NCBI GenBank assembly: GCA_964590195.1
Contig: CAZPWJ010000001.1
Location: forward strand, 89,686 to 153,685
From: an uncultured Rhodospirillaceae bacterium
Lineage (GTDB): Bacteria; Pseudomonadota; Alphaproteobacteria; GCA-2731375
Length of the DNA stretch: 64,000 bases
Reading direction: 5' to 3'
Shown here: positions 8,591 through 18,966 of the stretch, in pieces
Position numbering within the stretch: the first letter of the stretch is position 1
How the letters are laid out: every line of letters starts with the position of its first letter
Program-made: the position numbers and the translations under genes
The notes under the pieces: generated by a model
What the model was told of the DNA's origin: nothing
Seen by the model: the letters and a program-made list of their open reading frames with translations, nothing else
The model's database searches: none

Positions 8591-10097
8591 CGGGGTAGTG
8601 GCCCACCTCAAGGTTGGAGAACTTGGTGAATTCGCGCTCGAACTGCAGGCGCACGGTGCCTGTGGGGCCGTGGCGCTGTTTGCCGATGATGACCTCGGCG
8701 ATGCCGTGGATCTGATCCGCTTTTTCCAGCCATTTGGCATGATCGGGCGTATCGGGTTCGGGCTGTTTGCGCTCGTGATAATATTCTTCCCGGTAGACGA
8801 ACATCACCACGTCGGCATCCTGCTCGATGGAGCCCGATTCACGCAGATCCGACAGCAAGGGCCGCTTGTCCTCCCGCGCCTCCACCTGCCTGGACAGCTG
8901 CGACAGCGCCAATACGGGGATATCCAGTTCCTTGGCCAGCGCTTTCAGGCCCTGGGTAATCTCGGAGATTTCCTGTACCCGGTTTTCACCATGCCCGGTG
9001 CCGCGCAACAATTGCAGATAATCGACCACCACCAGACCCAGGTCGTGTTGCCGCATCAGGCGCCGGGCCCGGGTGCGCAGGGCCGAAACGGTCAGCGCCG
9101 GCGTATCGTCAATATACAGCGGCGCCTGTTCAATCGCCTGGGAGGCGGTGACAAGGCGGGAAAACTCATCGGAGGAGATTTCCCCACGGCGGATCTTTTC
9201 CGAGCTGATGCGGGCTTGCTCGGCCAGCAGACGGGTAGCCAATTGCTCGGCCGACATCTCGAGGCTGAAGAATGCCGCCACCGCGCCGTCGACGACGACC
9301 TCCTGGCCGTCTTCCTGGCGCTTGCGCTTGATGTTATGGGCTGCATGAAAGGCGATATTGGCGGCCAGGGCGGATTTGCCCATGGCGGGCCGGCCAGCCA
9401 GGATAATCAGATCCGACGGGTGCAACCCGCCCAGTTTCTGGTCCAGGTCCGCCAGGCCGGATGACACCCCCATCATCTGGCCATCGCGCTGGAATGCAGC
9501 AGCCGCCATCTCTATGGATTTGGCCAGGACGCTGTCAAAGGTTTGCGGCCCCTGATCCGTCTGACCATGCTCGGCCAATTGGAACAGATCCTGTTCCGCC
9601 GTCTCGATCTGATCGGTAGCCTCGATATCCACATCGGCCTCGTAGGCCTCGTTGACCATGGTTTCGCCGATCTGGATCAGGCCCCGGCGCAGGGCCAAAT
9701 CGAATATGGCGCGGCCATAATGCTGGGCGTTGATCACGGTCACGGCGGCGCCGGCCAGACGGGCCAAATATTGCGCCCCGCCCACTTCCGCCAGGGCCTC
9801 GTCCTGATCAAAGAAATACTTCAATGTCACCGGATTGGCGATCTGGCCCCGCTCGATCAATTTCAGGGCGGCGGCGAAAATGCGCTGATGGCCCGGTTCC
9901 ATGAAATGTTCCGGGCGCAGGAAATCCGTAACCCGGGCCGCAGCCTCATTATTGACCAGGATCGCGCCAAGCAGGGCTTGTTCGGCCTCCAGATTGGCGG
10001 GCGGGGTGCGGTATTCGGCGCCGGGGACCTCGTGCTCTTCGAGCGATGGATCGCCAATGGTGGCCAGAACCGGATTATTTGTGTTGTCTGCGTTCAT
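8580..10097 (-). CDS. dnaB: Replicative DNA helicase DnaB
   Basis: N-terminal LEAEQALLGAIL helicase-loader interaction domain; Walker A GRPAMGKSALAANIA; IDYLQL motif; no intein. Confidence 0.95.
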   Translation of the reverse strand: MNADNTNNPVLATIGDPSLEEHEVPGAEYRTPPANLEAEQALLGAILVNNEAAARVTDFLRPEHFMEPGHQRIFAAALKLIERGQIANPVTLKYFFDQDEALAEVGGAQYLARLAGAAVTVINAQHYGRAIFDLALRRGLIQIGETMVNEAYEADVDIEATDQIETAEQDLFQLAEHGQTDQGPQTFDSVLAKSIEMAAAAFQRDGQMMGVSSGLADLDQKLGGLHPSDLIILAGRPAMGKSALAANIAFHAAHNIKRKRQEDGQEVVVDGAVAAFFSLEMSAEQLATRLLAEQARISSEKIRRGEISSDEFSRLVTASQAIEQAPLYIDDTPALTVSALRTRARRLMRQHDLGLVVVDYLQLLRGTGHGENRVQEISEITQGLKALAKELDIPVLALSQLSRQVEAREDKRPLLSDLRESGSIEQDADVVMFVYREEYYHERKQPEPDTPDHAKWLEKADQIHGIAEVIIGKQRHGPTGTVRLQFEREFTKFSNLEVGHYPDGH

Positions 10098-10297
10098 CTG
10101 CGGGCAACCTATCACGTCGGACAGCGGCAATCCTCGTGGTGAATTTTTCAGGCCTTGTTAGCAACAAAACTCTTTTCCCCGGAAAGCCGTGGATAACTGC
10201 CCCCGAACCCCGAAAACAGGGCCGTCTATAGGACCGGTATTGGGGATAACTAGCGGGTAAAAAATTTTCGCCAACGGTAAAAATCCCGACCGCCGCA

Positions 10298-11545
10298 TCA
10301 AGCCGCGCGCGAATCAGATTTCACCGCCTGCCCAGACCGGCGTCTTTCGCCATCGAATATGTAGTCGCGTGTGTCTGGCACCGCGTCGGGGTTCTTGGCC
10401 AGTTGCACCTGGAAAACCACATGGCCGCCGTGGCGGAAGGCAACTTCCGCGCCGCACAGGTAGAAATCCCACATGCGTGCGAATCTTTCATCGAATAGGG
10501 CGGTAATCTGCTCCCTATTGGCATAAAAGCGTTGCCGCCAGTGCCGCAGTGTCTCGGCGTATTGCAGACGGAATATTTCCACGTCCGTGATGTACAGATC
10601 GGCCTTTTCCACGGCAGCGGAAATTTCCGACAGCGAAGGGCTATAGCCGCCGGGAAAGATGTATTTGTTGAGCCAGGGATTGGTCGCGCCGGGACCATCG
10701 GCCCGGCCAATGGTATGCAGAACGGCGATGCCGTCGTCGGTTAGAAGCTGCCGCACCTTTTCGAAATATTCCCGGTAATGGTTCAATCCCACATGCTCGA
10801 ACATTCCCACCGAGACAATGCGGTCGAACGGCCCCTCGACTGCCCTGTAGTCCTGCAACGCAAACGAGACAAAGCCCGCCAAGCCCGCCTCGACGGCCCG
10901 CTGGTTGGACAGCTTATGCTGTTCTTCCGATAACGTAACGCCGTGAACCATCACCTGCTCGGTCCGGGCCAGATACAGCCCCATGCCGCCCCAGCCCGAA
11001 CCAATGTCGAGAACTCTATGCCCCGGCTGCAACGCCAGCTTGGCCGCCAGGTGCCGCTTCTTGCGCAATTGTGCCGTTTCCAGATCATCCTCGGGAGATT
11101 GGAAATATGCACAGGAATATTGCCGGTCCGAATCCAGGAACAGATCGTACAATTCGGAGGTCAAATCGTAGTGATGGGCCACATTGGCACGGGCACGGTG
11201 CGCGGGATTGTATTGCCGCAAACGGCGGACAGCCTCCCGCAGGGGGGTAATGAGTTGCTTCTGCAGCCAATGGTCCGGCTGCCGCCAGCCGATATTCATG
11301 GATGTTAAATTCAGGAAGTCATAGAGCTCGGCATCTTCCACGGTCAGACTGCCGTTCATATAGGCCTCGCCTGTGTAAAGCATGGGATTGGTAAACAATT
11401 TCCAGTGTAAATCCCGCGTGTGCAGCCGGATCGTGACTTCCGGGCCATCCCTGACGCCCTTAAAGATGTGCCGGCGTCCCGTGGCGTCGATGACCGTCAA
11501 ACTGCCCGTATGGATTAAACTACGCAGAAAACTCGCCAAAATCAT
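10298..11545 (-). CDS. cfa: Cyclopropane-fatty-acyl-phospholipid synthase family SAM-dependent methyltransferase
   Basis: CFA-synthase length and layout; SAM-binding VLDIGSGWGG; conserved C-terminal region. Confidence 0.85.
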   Translation of the reverse strand: MILASFLRSLIHTGSLTVIDATGRRHIFKGVRDGPEVTIRLHTRDLHWKLFTNPMLYTGEAYMNGSLTVEDAELYDFLNLTSMNIGWRQPDHWLQKQLITPLREAVRRLRQYNPAHRARANVAHHYDLTSELYDLFLDSDRQYSCAYFQSPEDDLETAQLRKKRHLAAKLALQPGHRVLDIGSGWGGMGLYLARTEQVMVHGVTLSEEQHKLSNQRAVEAGLAGFVSFALQDYRAVEGPFDRIVSVGMFEHVGLNHYREYFEKVRQLLTDDGIAVLHTIGRADGPGATNPWLNKYIFPGGYSPSLSEISAAVEKADLYITDVEIFRLQYAETLRHWRQRFYANREQITALFDERFARMWDFYLCGAEVAFRHGGHVVFQVQLAKNPDAVPDTRDYIFDGERRRSGQAVKSDSRAA

Positions 11546-11683
11546 GACCTACCCCGCAGCAAATATCTCTTGTGATCGGTTCCTTTCAGTGTTCCCGCGG
11601 CCCGCGCCGTGGATGCTCAAAGGTTAACTCAAACCCGGTCCTGGGGTAAAGAAATTTCGATTATGACAAATATCGCCTCCGGA

Positions 11684-11718
11684 CAAAAAACAAGGCGGCC
11701 CGGATATCCGAGCCGCCC
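11684..11718 (-). terminator. Rho-independent terminator of rplI
   Basis: On the minus strand: GGCGGCUCGG-AUAU-CCGGGCCGCC (10-bp stem, one G.U) followed by UUGUUUUUU. It lies about 30 nt downstream of the rplI stop. Confidence 0.7.
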
Positions 11719-11746
11719 TGAATTTGTAATCGATAAGCTATCGAAA

Positions 11747-12373
11747 TCAGTCGTCTTCGGATTCCGAAACTTCCGCCTCGGCCACTTCGGCATCGGAGGC
11801 ATCGTCCGCGGCAGCTTCCTCGCCATCATCGGCGGCATCGTCCGCGTCGTCAAAGACCTCCATGGCCAGATCGTCTTCTTCCTCGGCGTTGATATCCTCG
11901 CCGGCGGCTTGACGCTCCGCCTCCGCACCCGAACGGGCCACATTGGCAATGACTTCGACGCTGACTTCCGGGTGCAAGTTGACCTGAACCGGATGCAGAC
12001 CAAGGGTCTTGATCGGCCGGGTCAGCACGATCTGATTGCGATCGACCTTGAAGCCGGCGCCATCCAGGCCCTCGGTCACGTCGCGGGCCTGCACGGAGCC
12101 ATAAAGCTGTCCGGACCCGCCTGCCTGCCGGATGACCACGAAGCTCACTTCCTCCATGGTTTTCGCGACCTTCTCGGCCTCGCCGCGACGTTCCAGGTTG
12201 CGCGCCTCCAACTCGCTCCGGCGGGCTTCGAACGCGGCCAGGTTTTCCGCCGTGGCGCGCTGGGCCTTGCCCTGGGGCAACAGATAGTTGCGGGCATAAC
12301 CGTTCTTGACACTGACCACATCGCCCATCTGGCCAAGTGACTCAATTCGTTCCATTAGGACGACGTCCATCAT
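11747..12373 (-). CDS. rplI: 50S ribosomal protein L9 with acidic C-terminal extension
   Basis: [36 protein letters not shown]… L9 N-domain; about 55 aa D/E/A-rich tail. Confidence 0.95.
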   Translation of the reverse strand: MMDVVLMERIESLGQMGDVVSVKNGYARNYLLPQGKAQRATAENLAAFEARRSELEARNLERRGEAEKVAKTMEEVSFVVIRQAGGSGQLYGSVQARDVTEGLDGAGFKVDRNQIVLTRPIKTLGLHPVQVNLHPEVSVEVIANVARSGAEAERQAAGEDINAEEEDDLAMEVFDDADDAADDGEEAAADDASDAEVAEAEVSESEDD

Positions 12374-13320
12374 TCCTCCTTGTCGGCGCTACCGCCGCTA
12401 TCTCCGGCACCGCCGGTGGTGTCCAATTTATCGCCGCGCGCCAGGCGCAGCACCGCGTTGAAAAGGCCAAGGCCGGCAACCAGGACCGGCAGGGGCCACA
12501 AAAACAAAAGTCCATAAAACAAAATTAGCATGGCCAGGCGGCCTTTCCACGGTTTGAAAAAACCATGGACAACGCCCAAACCGAGCACGAAATACGGCAC
12601 AATGGCGATCGCTGCAAGGGTTTTACCAAAGACGCCCGTTAAACCGGTCAAGGACGCCAGCAGCAACGCCGCCAACAAGGTGCCGATCCAGGCCATCGGC
12701 AGGCGGATATCCGCCAATTCCGGGCTCGGCGCAATGTTGTAGCCGAACCGTACCAGCAGCCCCTGGGCCAGCACGCCGTTGAAGATCAGGCCCAAACTCC
12801 AGGACACGGCAAAGAACGCCGGCAGATACTCCACCAAGTTCATCAGCACTTCGCGCTGCCCAGGCTCTGGAAACTGATCCGCGAACGGCGTCATGACCGC
12901 ATTTAAATACGCCATCAGGCCATCGCCGAACAGGCTTAAACCGGCCAGGCCAAAAACCAGCCCCGCCACGGCCATGCCCGCCAGCCACAGCAACATATGG
13001 CCCGGCGGATACCAATGCACCTGGCCCTGATCATCAGTGCGCGACAATAGGGCCTGACGGCTGATGACGATCACCGGCAGGCCGTAAAACACTGCCTGGG
13101 TGGCGGCAAAGCCCGGTCCACCGAACAGCGTACCCAAGGCACCGGCTACCAGAACAGCAATGACGGCACCCCGCGCGCCCAGCCCCAAACCGGCCAGGAA
13201 CAGCGGCAGCGGCGCGATATAGGCCAGCAGCAGACCGCCCGCGGCAGGCAATGCCAGGGCGCCCTGCAACAGACCGCTGACCACGCCGGCCGCGATGGCG
13301 ATCAGATTAAAGTGCGACAT
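12370..13320 (-). CDS. Conserved polytopic inner-membrane protein (DUF2232-like) embedded in the rpsF-rpsR-rplI cluster
   Basis: 8-10 predicted TM helices, G/A/L-rich; position between rpsR and rplI is conserved in alphaproteobacteria; 4-nt overlap with the rplI start. Confidence 0.75.
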   Translation of the reverse strand: MSHFNLIAIAAGVVSGLLQGALALPAAGGLLLAYIAPLPLFLAGLGLGARGAVIAVLVAGALGTLFGGPGFAATQAVFYGLPVIVISRQALLSRTDDQGQVHWYPPGHMLLWLAGMAVAGLVFGLAGLSLFGDGLMAYLNAVMTPFADQFPEPGQREVLMNLVEYLPAFFAVSWSLGLIFNGVLAQGLLVRFGYNIAPSPELADIRLPMAWIGTLLAALLLASLTGLTGVFGKTLAAIAIVPYFVLGLGVVHGFFKPWKGRLAMLILFYGLLFLWPLPVLVAGLGLFNAVLRLARGDKLDTTGGAGDSGGSADKEE

Positions 13321-13400
13321 TTGTTCTGCAGCATGACAATTGGCCGCCGGTTATCGCCCGGCGGCCAATAATTCCGCCCGTCGGGCTATTGCGGAACGTC

Positions 13401-13658
13401 CTATTGCAGGACGAACGGCAACAATGCCAGGATCCGCGCCCGCTTGATGGCCCGGGCCAGTTCGCGCTGTTTCTTGGCCGAGACCGCGGTGATGCGGCTG
13501 GGCACGATCTTGCCCCGCTCGGACAGGTAACGTTGCAGCGTGCGCACGTCCTTGTAATCGATCTTGGGCGAATTGGCGCCCGAGAACGGGCAGGTCTTGC
13601 GCCGGCGGTAAAAAGGACGCCGCAGGGGCAGTTGGGAAATTCTCACATCCTGTGCCAT
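13401..13658 (-). CDS. rpsR: 30S ribosomal protein S18
   Basis: [12 protein letters not shown]…[43 protein letters not shown]. Confidence 0.95.
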   Translation of the reverse strand: MAQDVRISQLPLRRPFYRRRKTCPFSGANSPKIDYKDVRTLQRYLSERGKIVPSRITAVSAKKQRELARAIKRARILALLPFVLQ

Positions 13659-13663
13659 TTGCC

Positions 13664-14128
13664 TTACTCCTCGACGCTAGCTGTGGCTTCGGTTTCGCCA
13701 CCGTCGGCAGCCGCGGTATCCGCCGGGGCATCCTCGCGGCCACGGCCTTCACGACCGCCATCACGGTCACGGCCACCTTCACGGGGGCGGCGGTCGCCGC
13801 GTCCGCCACGGGACTGCATCATCACGGAGGGGCCTTCTTCCAGCTCCTCGACGCGCACGGTCATATAGCGGATCACGTCTTCGTGCAGGCGCATGTTGCG
13901 TTCCAGCTCCTGCACCGCATCGGAGGGTGCATCCAGATTCAGCAGCACATAATGGCCCTTGCGGTTTTTCTTGATGCGGTATGTCAGGCCGCGCACGCCC
14001 CAATATTCGTTCTTGGGCACCGAACCGCCATTGTCCGTCACCAATTTGGTGAATTCCTCGGTCATGGCTTCGACTTGCTGGGATGAAACATCCTGGCGTG
14101 CAATAAACACGTTTTCGTATAACGGCAT
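13664..14128 (-). CDS. rpsF: 30S ribosomal protein S6 with RG-rich/acidic C-terminal tail
   Basis: [26 protein letters not shown]… S6 fold. Start set at MPLYE, with the ORF's upstream extension rejected. Confidence 0.9.
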   Translation of the reverse strand: MPLYENVFIARQDVSSQQVEAMTEEFTKLVTDNGGSVPKNEYWGVRGLTYRIKKNRKGHYVLLNLDAPSDAVQELERNMRLHEDVIRYMTVRVEELEEGPSVMMQSRGGRGDRRPREGGRDRDGGREGRGREDAPADTAAADGGETEATASVEE

Positions 14129-14366
14129 TCTTGTCCGTCGCTCCTTCGGTATGGTCGGTGGCACCCCCCGTTGGGATGCCCTGCGGACGCGCGATTAAAC
14201 GCGGCCGACCGAATATGATAATCTCAAGCCCGGTGACCCAGGCAAGGCGCGGCATATATACACATATGCACTGCCCGTGCAATAGCCGTGCAAGCCGGCT
14301 TGACAGCACAAGGCGACCGGCTATGAAAGGCAGCAATTTTGGATGGTAACAGTAAGGGAGGCAGCC

Positions 14367-15308
14367 ATGGCGCGCGCCTTTGTATTTCCGGGTCAGGGTA
14401 GCCAGGCCGTTGGCATGGGCAAGGCACTGGCGGACGCCCTGCCGACCGCCCGTCAGGTGTTTGAAGAGGTCGATGAAGCATTGAGCCAAAACCTCTCGCG
14501 GCTGATGTTCGAAGGCCCGATCGAGGAACTGACGCTGACGGAAAACGCCCAACCCGCCCTGATGGCCATGAGCCTGGCCGTGGTCCGGGTATTGCGCGAT
14601 GACGGCGGGTTGGAGTTCGGCAAGCATTGCCAATTCGTCGCCGGGCATTCCCTGGGCGAATATTCCGCCCTCTGCGCGGCGGATGCCATCCCCCTGGATG
14701 TGACAGCGCGCCTGTTGAAAAAACGCGGCCAGGCCATGCAGCAGGCGGTGCCCGTCGGCGTCGGCGCCATGGCCGCCCTGCTGGGCCTTGATTTCGAGGC
14801 GGCCCAGGGTGTCGCCAACGATGCCGCGCAGGGCCAGGTCTGTGACACGGCCAATGATAACGCACCGGGCCAGGTCGTGGTCAGCGGCAATACAGAGGCG
14901 GTTGAACGCGCCGTGGAGCTGGCCAAGGAACGCGGCGCCCGGCGGCCCATGCTGCTGCCGGTCAGCGCACCGTTTCATTGCGCCCTGATGCAGCCGGCCG
15001 CCGAAGTCATGGCGGAAGCCTTGGCGGCGTCCCCCCCGGTGGCGCCGGCGGTGCCTCTAATCGCCAATGTCTCGGCCGAGGCCGTGAGCGACCCGGACGA
15101 AATCCGTGATCTGTTGGTGCAACAGGTCACGGCCATGGTGCGCTGGCGGGAAAGCGTGCTGTATCTGCGCGGCCAGGACGTGGATAATCTGGTCGAAGTC
15201 GGCGCCGGCAAGGTACTGACCACCATGCTGAAGCGCATCGATAAGGAGATTTCCGGTCTGGCGATCAACGAACCGGACCATATCGAAGCCTTCCTCAAAT
15301 CAATATAG
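14367..15308 (+). CDS. fabD: Malonyl CoA-ACP transacylase
   Basis: MARAFVFPGQGSQ start; active-site GHSLGEYSAL. Confidence 0.95.
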   Translation: MARAFVFPGQGSQAVGMGKALADALPTARQVFEEVDEALSQNLSRLMFEGPIEELTLTENAQPALMAMSLAVVRVLRDDGGLEFGKHCQFVAGHSLGEYSALCAADAIPLDVTARLLKKRGQAMQQAVPVGVGAMAALLGLDFEAAQGVANDAAQGQVCDTANDNAPGQVVVSGNTEAVERAVELAKERGARRPMLLPVSAPFHCALMQPAAEVMAEALAASPPVAPAVPLIANVSAEAVSDPDEIRDLLVQQVTAMVRWRESVLYLRGQDVDNLVEVGAGKVLTTMLKRIDKEISGLAINEPDHIEAFLKSI

Positions 15309-15341
15309 AATAAATCGATCTAGAATTGGGAACCGCAAGCC

Positions 15342-16079
15342 ATGTTTGATCTTTCCGGAAAATCCGCCCTTGTCACCGGCGCCTCGGGCGGTATCGGCGG
15401 CGCCATAGCGCGGCATCTGCATCAGGCCGGCGCCAACGTAGGATTGTCAGGCACACGTGTCGACGCCCTGGAAACCTTGGCCGGGGACTTGGGCGAGCGC
15501 TGTGCGGTGCTGCCCTGTGACCTGGGTGACGGTGACGCGGTCAGCGCCCTGATTGGGCAGGCCGACGAAGCGCTCGGCGCCGTTGATATCGTGATCAACA
15601 ACGCCGGCCTGACCCGGGACAATCTGGCCCTGCGTCTGAAGGACGAGGATTGGGAACAGGTCATGGCGGTGAACCTGACCGCCGCTTTTCGCCTGTCAAA
15701 GGCCGCCTTGCGCGGCATGATGAAGCGGCGCTGGGGCCGAATCGTCAATATCACCTCCATCGTCGGGGTAACCGGCAACGGCGGACAAACCAATTACGCC
15801 GCCTCGAAGGCCGGCATTATCGGCTTTTCCAAATCCCTGGCCCAGGAAGTCGCCTCGCGCAATATCACCGTCAATTGCCTGGCGCCAGGCTTTATCCAAA
15901 CCCCGATGACCGATGCCCTGGACGAAGGACAGCGGGAAAGCCTGTTGGCATCCATCCCCGCCGGGCGCCTTGGCGTGGTCGATGACATCGCCGCCGGCGT
16001 GCTCTATCTGGCCAGCGAGGAAGCCTCATATGTCACCGGTCAGACCTTGCATATCAATGGCGGCATGGCGATGATTTGA
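15342..16079 (+). CDS. fabG: 3-oxoacyl-ACP reductase
   Basis: TGASGGIGGAIAR; NYAASKAG (YxxxK); fab operon context. Confidence 0.95.
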   Translation: MFDLSGKSALVTGASGGIGGAIARHLHQAGANVGLSGTRVDALETLAGDLGERCAVLPCDLGDGDAVSALIGQADEALGAVDIVINNAGLTRDNLALRLKDEDWEQVMAVNLTAAFRLSKAALRGMMKRRWGRIVNITSIVGVTGNGGQTNYAASKAGIIGFSKSLAQEVASRNITVNCLAPGFIQTPMTDALDEGQRESLLASIPAGRLGVVDDIAAGVLYLASEEASYVTGQTLHINGGMAMI

Positions 16080-16274
16080 GGTGCTTTTCGGCAACTTGCC
16101 ATTCGTGGCATTGGGGTCTTGGCCTTTGTCAATGTTCATGGTACCAAGCCTCGCTTTTCCCGGTTGCCGATTGATTCGGTCGGCACGATACGGACAAAGG
16201 CAATGAACAGTGTTATGCAGAATAATGTTACGCAGACTAATTTTACAAACCAGACAGCGCGAAGGAATTAACAC

Positions 16275-16511
16275 ATGAGCGATACAGCCGATCGCGTAAA
16301 AAAGATCGTCGTTGAGCATCTCGGCGTGGAAGAAGACAAAGTTTCCGAGGGTGCTTCGTTTATTGACGACCTTGGCGCCGACAGCCTTGATACGGTTGAA
16401 CTGGTGATGGCATTCGAGGAAGAGTTCGGTATCGAAATTCCCGATGATGCCGCCGAAAAGATCGCCACCGTCAAGGACGCTATCACATTTATCGACGCCA
16501 ACGCTTCCTGA
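16275..16511 (+). CDS. acpP: Acyl carrier protein
   Basis: 78 aa; [15 protein letters not shown] phosphopantetheinylation site. Confidence 0.97.
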   Translation: MSDTADRVKKIVVEHLGVEEDKVSEGASFIDDLGADSLDTVELVMAFEEEFGIEIPDDAAEKIATVKDAITFIDANAS

Positions 16512-16601
16512 ACCGGCCCGCCACGGGGTTGCGCCGCGGCCACATTTCGGATGGGCCGTGGGGCGTTGGGTTAGAGTAAGCTGTGCCGACGGAGGCTGGA
16601 G

Positions 16602-17867
16602 ATGAGCGAACGCAGGGTCGTTGTCACCGGAATGGGTCTTGTCACGCCGCTGGGCGTGGGAGTTGATGCCGTCTGGGGACGTCTATTGAATAGCGAATCC
16701 GGCGCCGGGCAGATCAAAAAGATCGACACCACTGATCTGTCCGTGAAAATCGCCTGCGAGGTTCCCCTGGGCGACAGCGCGCCGGACTTCAATGCCGATG
16801 ACTGGATTCCGCCGAAGGAACAGCGGCGGATCGATGATTTCATCATCTTTGGCCTTTGCGCCATGGAGCAGGCCCTGACGGATGCTGGCTGGAAGCCCGA
16901 GGACGAGGAATCTCGTCTGCGCACGGGCGTATTGGTTGGCTCCGGCATCGGCGGTTTGCCCAGCATCGAGGCGGCCGCCATCACCCTGCACGAAAAGGGA
17001 CCGCGGCGGATCAGCCCGTTCTTTATTCCCGGCTCTCTGATCAATCTGCTTTCCGGCAACATCTCCATCAAGTACGGCTTCAAGGGACCGAACCATGCGG
17101 TGGTTACCGCTTGTTCCACCGGCGCACATGCGATCGGCGATGCAGCACGTCTGATTATGCTCGATGATGCCGACGTCATGATCGCGGGCGGGGCGGAGGC
17201 GGCGATCTCCCGCCTCGGCATGGCTGGATTCGCCGCCTGCAAGGCCCTTTCGACCGGCTTTCAGGACACGCCCGAAAAAGCCTCCCGCCCCTATGACAAA
17301 AACCGTGACGGCTTCGTCATGGGCGAGGGTTCGGGCATCGTGGTGTTGGAAGAACTGGAACATGCCAAGGCCCGCGGCGCCAAGATCTATGCCGAAGTAG
17401 CCGGCTATGGCCTGTCCGGCGATGCCCACCATATTACCGCCCCGGCACCGGACGGCGACGGCGGCTACCGCGCCATGCAGGGCGCCTTGCGCCGGGCCGG
17501 ATTGAACCCGGGCGACATTGATTACATCAATGCTCACGGCACCTCGACACCGCTGGGTGACGAGATCGAAGTCGGTGCGGTGAAGCGCCTGTTCGGCGAT
17601 GCGGTCAACCAACTGTCCATGTCGTCAACCAAATCAGCCATTGGCCATCTGCTGGGCGCGGCGGGCAGCGTGGAGGCAATTTTCTCCATCCTGGCAATGA
17701 ATCATAACGTAGCGCCGGCTACACTTAATCTGGACGATCCGTCGGACGGCCTGGATATGGATCTGGTGCCCCATACACCGAAGGAACGGCCGATCCGGGC
17801 CGCGTTGTCGAATTCCTTTGGCTTCGGCGGCACCAACGCCTCACTGGTGCTGACCCCGGCGCCATAA
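16602..17867 (+). CDS. fabF: Beta-ketoacyl-ACP synthase II
   Basis: Active-site Cys in ACSTGAHAIG; His in HGTSTPLGD; C-terminal NSFGFGGTNASL. Confidence 0.95.
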   Translation: MSERRVVVTGMGLVTPLGVGVDAVWGRLLNSESGAGQIKKIDTTDLSVKIACEVPLGDSAPDFNADDWIPPKEQRRIDDFIIFGLCAMEQALTDAGWKPEDEESRLRTGVLVGSGIGGLPSIEAAAITLHEKGPRRISPFFIPGSLINLLSGNISIKYGFKGPNHAVVTACSTGAHAIGDAARLIMLDDADVMIAGGAEAAISRLGMAGFAACKALSTGFQDTPEKASRPYDKNRDGFVMGEGSGIVVLEELEHAKARGAKIYAEVAGYGLSGDAHHITAPAPDGDGGYRAMQGALRRAGLNPGDIDYINAHGTSTPLGDEIEVGAVKRLFGDAVNQLSMSSTKSAIGHLLGAAGSVEAIFSILAMNHNVAPATLNLDDPSDGLDMDLVPHTPKERPIRAALSNSFGFGGTNASLVLTPAP

Positions 17868-17877
17868 AGTATCTGCC

Positions 17878-18864
17878 ATGGCGCGGCGCCTGGTCAGGTT
17901 TTTCCTTCTCTGTCTAACGCTCGGCCTGATCACCGCCGGCATCGCATTCGGCTGGGGCTATGCGCAATTCACCCGTCCCGGCCCCAACACCTTTGAGCAC
18001 GCGGTGGTCCTGGCCAAGGGCAGCGGCCTGCGTGACATCGCCGAACGTCTGGCCGGTGCCGGCATCATCAACCAGCCCCTGGTCTTTCGTCTCGGCGTGC
18101 GCCTGGGCGGGTGGTCGAGAGATTTGAAGGCCGGGGAATTCAACTTCCCGGCCCGGATCAGCATGCGCGGCGCCGTGGACATCCTGCGCCGAGGTGAAAC
18201 CGTGGTGCGCCGCGTTACCGTGCCGGAGGGGTTAAGCAGCGCGCAAATAGTCGCTTTGTTGCGGCAAACCGACGGTCTGCGTGGTGACATCGGCAATATT
18301 CCCGGCGAAGGCACGCTATTGCCGGAGACCTATCATTATTCATACGGCGACGAGAGGGCGGCGCTGCTGGACCGCATGACGGAGGCCATGCGCCAGACCT
18401 TGGCCAAGCTGTGGCGGGCGCGGCAGCAGGGACTGCCGCTGGCCAGTCAAGACGAAGCCTTGATCCTGGCCTCGATGGTGGAAAAAGAAACCTCTCTTGG
18501 CGAGGAACGGCCACGTGTTGCCGGCGTATTCATCAACCGCCTGCGAAAGGGCATGCGCCTGCAATCGGACCCCACCGTGGTCTATGGCATGACCCTGGGC
18601 CGCAAAGCCCTTGGCCGCCCCCTGAGCCGGGCCGATCTGGATCAGCACACAGCCTATAACACCTACCGGATTTCGGCCCTGCCGCCCGGACCCATAGCCA
18701 ATCCAGGGCGTGCCGCCCTGCACGCGGTGCTGCATCCAACCGCCAGCAAGGAACTATATTTTGTCGCCGACGGCACAGGCGGCCATGCCTTTGCCACCAC
18801 CTTTGCCCAACACCGCCGCAACGTCCAACGCTGGCGCCGGGCCAAGGCCGCGAAGAGCCGCTAA
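17878..18864 (+). CDS. mltG: Endolytic murein transglycosylase MltG (YceG-like)
   Basis: N-terminal TM anchor; YceG-like domain; conserved position after fabF. Confidence 0.85.
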   Translation: MARRLVRFFLLCLTLGLITAGIAFGWGYAQFTRPGPNTFEHAVVLAKGSGLRDIAERLAGAGIINQPLVFRLGVRLGGWSRDLKAGEFNFPARISMRGAVDILRRGETVVRRVTVPEGLSSAQIVALLRQTDGLRGDIGNIPGEGTLLPETYHYSYGDERAALLDRMTEAMRQTLAKLWRARQQGLPLASQDEALILASMVEKETSLGEERPRVAGVFINRLRKGMRLQSDPTVVYGMTLGRKALGRPLSRADLDQHTAYNTYRISALPPGPIANPGRAALHAVLHPTASKELYFVADGTGGHAFATTFAQHRRNVQRWRRAKAAKSR

Positions 18865-18966
18865 TGTTCTTGCCTCTAAATTTTGCCCTAAGGACCCTGA
18901 CATCTTATATAGTGCGCCAGGAATCGCTGGTGAACGGAAGGATATCATAAGGGTGGCAGTTTCCTC

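Noticed and set aside
8591-8740. Long N-terminal extension of the alr ORF (start at 8740) and similar extensions of cvpA, rpsF, rimI, MT-24 (52017-52448), DMT (60788-60961) ORFs
   Set aside because: Extensions are low-complexity, overlap upstream genes on the same strand, and alignment-based starts (ATG with conserved N-termini) lie downstream.
10130-10297. DnaA-box-like motifs (CGTGGATAA, GGGGATAAC) upstream of dnaB as a possible origin
   Set aside because: Only two weak 7-8/9 matches, no AT-rich DUE, and no dnaA/dnaN context; most likely ordinary promoter sequence.
16512-16601. acpP-fabF intergenic hairpin as a terminator
   Set aside because: Only partial complementarity (GCCCGCCACGG…CCGTGGGGCG) and no U-tract; at most a weak attenuator, not reported as a feature.
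16683-17612. 309-aa ORF on - strand
   Set aside because: Antisense to fabF; low-complexity translation.
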